Assembly: GCF_009914755.1 (NCBI RefSeq)
Contig: NC_060931.1
DNA length: 64,000 nt
From: the human T2T-CHM13v2.0 reference genome, Homo sapiens
Direction: 5' to 3' (one strand)
The stretch's first letter is position 1, and each line of letters starts with the position of its first letter. The translations under genes were made by a program, and so were the position numbers. Shown here piece after piece: positions 59,201 through 64,000 of this stretch. The notes under the pieces were generated by a model. The model made no database searches. It saw only the letters and a list, made by a program, of their open reading frames with translations, and was not told the origin of the DNA.

Positions 59201-60079
59201 TTGCTCTTTTTAGGTAGGAACATTTTCTTCAAACAGTCGCATCATAAATTTATTCATTCAATTTAATCATTCACTTTTATATCTTTAGCATGTAATACAG
59301 TGCCTGTCTATATAGTAGGCAAAAAATAAAGTTGCATTTTACGACTGAAAAAAAAACTAGTTTTGTTCTACTGATTTAAGTTTTTCATGGTTCTGCATTA
59401 TCTGAAAATGTTTAGTGAATTGAATGCTGACCTCAATTGGGTATTTTCATAGGGCTTTTTTTTTTCACATTTCACAAGTGCATTAAATTGACATCATTTA
59501 GCTTTGAAAAAATAAAGGTTAACTTAATTGCTATCTTCAAATATATGAAAAGCTTTTATGAAAAGACTTGGAGAGATGATATAAAGCATTGGATTGTTAT
59601 ATCAAGGCAGAGCATTTTAGCTAATCCTAGAATTGTTTCAGGAGTGAGAGTCTCTTTGTTCAGGGACTCAAGACAGTAACAGCCGGCTTTTCTAGGAGGC
59701 TGAGACTGATGGCAAGGAACTAGACCAGATGACGTCCAGAGGTCTAGTCCTGTGTGGTACCATTTCCTTTTATTTCAATAACTTCTCTTAAATTTGAGAA
59801 TAAAAGTGTTGAGGTAATAAACACCCTCAAGGAATTCTGTTGCTGTATTGGTGGAAGATGATTTAAGAGTAGCAGATTAGAATATTGACAGAGAAGATTT
59901 GAGATAATAGCAGCAATAGCACCTGAAATGAGAACTGCAGTTGAGTGTCATAAGACTACGCATGTGCATGTGAAATGTGGAAGCCTTGGTAGACTGCAGA
60001 GTACTAAAAGACTGCCAATTTTAACCTTTCCTGTGAACTTACTTAGATCATGCCTTGACACATTTAAAATATGAATTGA

Positions 60080-60197
60080 GGCTGAACACTAATTGCTTGA
60101 GATAAGGAGTTTGAGGCTGCAGTGAGCTATGAACACACCAGTGCACTCCTGCCTGGGTGACTTAGCAAGTCCCTGTCTAAATAAATAAATAAATAAA
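60080..60197 (+). mobile_element. Old Alu (J/FRAM) 3' fragment with (TAAA)n tail
   Basis: ggagtttgaggctgcagtgagctatga; TSD-like aaaatatgaattga/aaaatgtgaatgga. Confidence 0.8.
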
Positions 60198-60481
60198 ATG
60201 TGAATGGAAGTAAGAATGCTAGGTAAGAGAAGTATAGTGGTGGAGTGGTATTTTGAATATATGTGCACATATGTTTTTATTTCACCATAGAAAAGGTTTG
60301 GAATGCCTTCATTGTCACCTTATGTTTGAGACAAAACGAAACTGTGGCTAAAATTATAGAAGCATTTTAAGGGAAGTACTGAAACTGATGCTAACAAAAT
60401 GAAATTTTTGTCTTAGTATTTTACATGCCAAAGTAATACATCTAAATCCTTCATCTATAGATAAAATTTGTCTTTTTAGTC

Positions 60482-60833
60482 TTTCTTAGTGCATTTTGGG
60501 CTGCTATAACAAAATACCTTAGATGAGTAATTTATACATGACAGAAATTTAGTGCTCACAGTTCTGGAAGCTGGGAAGTCTAAGATCAAGGTTCCAGCCA
60601 GTAGATCTGGTGTCTGATGAGGGCTCATTGCTCATTTATGGCACCTTCTGTGTGTCCTCACGTGGTGGGATAACAGACTCCCTCAAGCTTCTATAAGGAT
60701 ACTAACTGCATTCATGTGGTCAGAGCCCTCATCACCTAATCATGTCCCAAAGGCCCCACCTCTTAATACTATAGCACTGCAGATTAGGTTTTAACATAGC
60801 AATTTTGGGAGTACACAAACATTTAGACCATAG
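60482..60833 (-). mobile_element. MaLR solo LTR (MLT1A/MST-like)
   Basis: tcttagt..gctgctataacaaaatacc..ctcacagttctgga.gctgggaagtc.aagatcaagg..aaaggccccacctcttaatac..acatttagaccatag. Confidence 0.85.
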
Positions 60834-62977
60834 AGCTGATAAGCTTTTTTTTTTTTTTTTTTTTTTTTTGGTGAGGTGGAATTATATTGTATAAATTTTT
60901 TTTCTTTCATCAGCTAAATTTTTCCTTTAGTGTCACAGTGAGCTTATGGGATATGTGGAGCATACATCTCATCTCATAGCTGAAATGCATATGTCTGTTG
61001 GTCTTCAACAACATTTCCATTTTCTTATGTTACATATGAGTGTTATATTTGCTTATTTGTTTGTTTTCGAATATAGAACCTGAATTTGAAACTAGCCTAC
61101 TACATGGGCAGGGTGAACTCTGTTAATCAGGTGTCTACAGAAATCTGAACCAATGGAGTCTGCTTCTGTGGGTCTTGAAGAGTCATTTTTAAGAGTTTAT
61201 AGACATGGAATATCTTGACTTGTACATTTTTGCTTCTGTCCTGACTGTTCTTATTTATCAAGTGATAAATTCTTGTATACCTTTTAATAGTCCTAGATTA
61301 AAGGTATATGGGTTTGAGGAGGATTCAGTGTTGTTAAAACATTTTGTAAGGCACTGTGTAGCCATAAAGCTCAACGTTTCTGATATCCTTCAGCATAAGA
61401 ATTTAATAATCAACCCAAAATAGAGAGACATGAATATTTGTGGTCTTGATTAGTTAGAAAATTGCTGTACTTATTTTGGGGTTTTTAGTTATTTGGGAGA
61501 AATATTTTAAATCTCCGTGTGTGTGCATTCTTTACTTGCGTGTAGTCCTTATTGTGAAAGGGGGATGACTTTGTTATGTATTTTTTGTGACTAAACTTTA
61601 ATTGATCCTTCTGTTTCTTAATCTGTTCTTCTCCAGATCACTGATTTTATGAGTTTTCAGAATAGTAAGTAAGGGTATGAAGACTTACAGTAACTAAAGC
61701 AATGTTCATGGGGAAATCTATTTTTACACAGGTTTTCTTGTCTTGACAAGATGCTTGAAAAACCAAGAGGATATGAAAATCTGTCTCTGGAGAAACAAAG
61801 ACGCAGGCATACTCAGCCAGAAATCTGAGTTTTGTGAGACTTGGTAATACAGAGATGGACAATCGTACTGGGGTAAAAAAACCCTGCTGAAGAGAGGACA
61901 GTGACCACAGAACTCAGTGTACCAAACATGCATACAAAGGACACACAGGGATTTTGAAAATGCTGCACATCCCTTAATAGTCATCTACATAGGTAATACT
62001 GATAAACATTTTGTATTCAGACGCCAAAGTTAACTGATTTAAAAGTTGATTTACTTTTTATTAAGTTCTCCAGAGCTGCACAACTAGTTATGTTTTGATT
62101 TGTTTTGTTTTTTAATTTGGGGTCTCTTTGTTTTCCCCAACATAATGTTCATAATGTTTCTGCATTCATCTGTTCTTAAATTGAAAAACATATAATTTAC
62201 TTCTTATAAATTGAAGTCTTAAATGTGAAACCAAGAAATGTAATCAAGCAGTAAAAACATCTGAATGTAGACCATGATCTCAAGTTCTTCCATTTTCTCC
62301 CCCACGAGTGGAAAATAGACTTCTACATAGGAAAGCTAAAATATGTTAATATTTTTAAATTAAAGGTTTAATATCAGAATGCAGTCCAAAGAGCAAATCA
62401 TATTACATAATTACATTTTAATTAAATATAGAATATTCTACTGAATTGCAATTTATTAAATATTCTTATCCTCTTAAATAAAACTGCTCAACAGTTAATC
62501 AGCAGTGAATCATCTTGCAGCTATGCAATTTAAAAAAAATACAGATTACCAATTTCAAGTGCTGCCAGCTAAAATAACTGTTTTAACGGGTATCTTTTGT
62601 TTGTTCTTTTCACTTAATTATTTTATTGTGCTTTGCATCTCCAGGCAGTTCTCTCACATTTGGGTAAAATGTTTAGCAGGCTGTAAACTTAAGAAAAGGG
62701 TAAAATAAAATTTTCTGGAGAGGAACTTGGAATTTGAGGGAGATTTTATATACCTTTAAAAACTGTAATTTAATTGGGATGCCAGGTTTATAGCAATTTG
62801 CAACTTTAATTTTCCAGATAATCTGGAGGTTAGCATTTGATAAATGATTTTTTAAAGTAGATATGAAGATTTTGTTAATTTATAATTTATTCATGTGTTA
62901 TTACTGTAATTGAAAATGTTATAGACACTTTTAAATTCAGTTTGTGTAGAAAGAAATGTGTTAAACAAAATTATGTT

Positions 62978-62983
62978 AATAAA
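62978..62983 (+). terminator. Proximal polyadenylation signal AATAAA (others at 62477 and 62704)
   Basis: Canonical hexamer with upstream TGTA motifs and CA dinucleotides 10-20 nt downstream. Confidence 0.5.
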
Positions 62984-63358
62984 TATTCCCACATAATACA
63001 TCTGAATGGTTAAAAATACTGGAAGAGTTGTCAGGGCTACAATAGTGAATGTCCTTTTTTTTAATATCAAAAATATCGATAAGTAGGTTTTGTGTTTTCA
63101 ACGTAGGGAAAATGTTATCAGTGAATAGGTGGTGTACTTTACTTGGTATAATTTAAAGTTGCACAGTAAGTACTGTTTCCTTATTTTAATCTTTCTTTAC
63201 TCATAATGTATTTAAGAATTTGCTGTTTTATTTAACGCTGCTACTCTTAATCTTCTCTAAATTTTTCCCCCTACTTTCTTGCTTCTGTTTCACATTTTTT
63301 AAAAGGGCAAGTACAGGAGCAACTGCTGCTACCCAGAAAAATGTGTGTATTATAAATA

Positions 63359-63364
63359 ATTAAA
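63359..63364 (+). terminator. Distal polyadenylation signal ATTAAA
   Basis: ATTAAA preceded by TGTA (CFIm motif) in an AU-rich context, followed by T-rich sequence. Confidence 0.6.
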
Positions 63365-64000
63365 GAGTTTTTAATTGCTTTCTGTATGATTCCAGCTCAG
63401 ATAACATTTTCCCTGAAGTTATGCTGTGAAATGCCTTTTGTTATGCTGCAATTGCTAAAGGAATCCAAAACCTCCATTGTGACAGCTGAAGGCACAGTTT
63501 AATAGGTGCTTTTTTACTAGTTATGAAAAATATTCGTCCCTTAAGGAAACGATTCTTTTTCTGTTTTTTTCTGTTACCATGAAGTCTTAATTTGATTTCA
63601 TTTTATTTCACATTTTTGATTTTGTAAGCTTTCATACCCTCCTGCTCAACCCCCTCAAGTAAAACCTCTTAGAATGTGAATAATTGGTTCATTTTCTATT
63701 GCTGGTATACTCTTGTGATGAGAATTATTTTGTTGTCTTCCATTCTTAAAGGAAGAGATTTATTACAGCTGTGGGGATTAACTGTATTCTCCTGGAAGTT
63801 GATTTTCTGATAGGTTAATGCAAAAGTCATTGCAAAAACTGCTATTACTTTTGCGCCAATTTAATAGTTCACTTGTTTACTTTTTAACCTATATTGGCTT
63901 AAATTCACTTTTTAGCCCCTCTTTGTCATAAGGTTCTGTGCTGCATTTGCTACAATAGAAGCTCCTATGGTTTTAAAGAAAGTTCAGTGTTTTGTCAGTG

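Larger units (their letters stand above)
61732..63390 (+). other. ZNRF2: ZNRF2 terminal non-coding exon (3'UTR); the end coordinate is approximate
   Basis: The donor after the stop needs a downstream exon. Acceptor tatttttacacag|GTTTTC at 61731/61732 is followed by repeat-free AU-rich sequence with miRNA seed matches and poly(A) signals. Confidence 0.75.

Overview
Primate (human-like) genomic DNA, AT-rich and CpG-poor, holding the 3' portion of ZNRF2 (zinc and ring finger 2, an E3 ubiquitin ligase) on the + strand. Three short coding exons are not in the ORF track and were found by reading splice sites: 19339-19434, 51426-51531 and 58074-58153 (stop at 58129-58131). They splice to (G)FKCPVCSKFVSSDEMDLHLVMCLTKPRITYN-EDVLSKDAGECAICLEELQQGDTIARLPCLCIYHKG-CIDEWFEVNRSCPEHPSD*. 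A probable 3'UTR-only last exon starts at about 61732 and has several poly(A) signals. The first exon and promoter lie upstream of the window. The rest is intron filled with Alus, antisense L1 fragments, solo LTRs, MIR/L2 and hAT/Tigger DNA-transposon fossils. Nearly all track ORFs are repeat-derived or spurious. I see no new multi-gene system. The best second-look items are an unexplained inverted repeat (about 15.7-16.1 kb), a perfect 3x27-bp minisatellite, a candidate poison exon, an ETS/AP-1/RUNX motif cluster, a possible exon-4-skipped isoform, alternative polyadenylation versus miRNA sites, and several nested TE insertions. Repeat subfamily names come from recalled consensus features and need RepeatMasker/Dfam confirmation.
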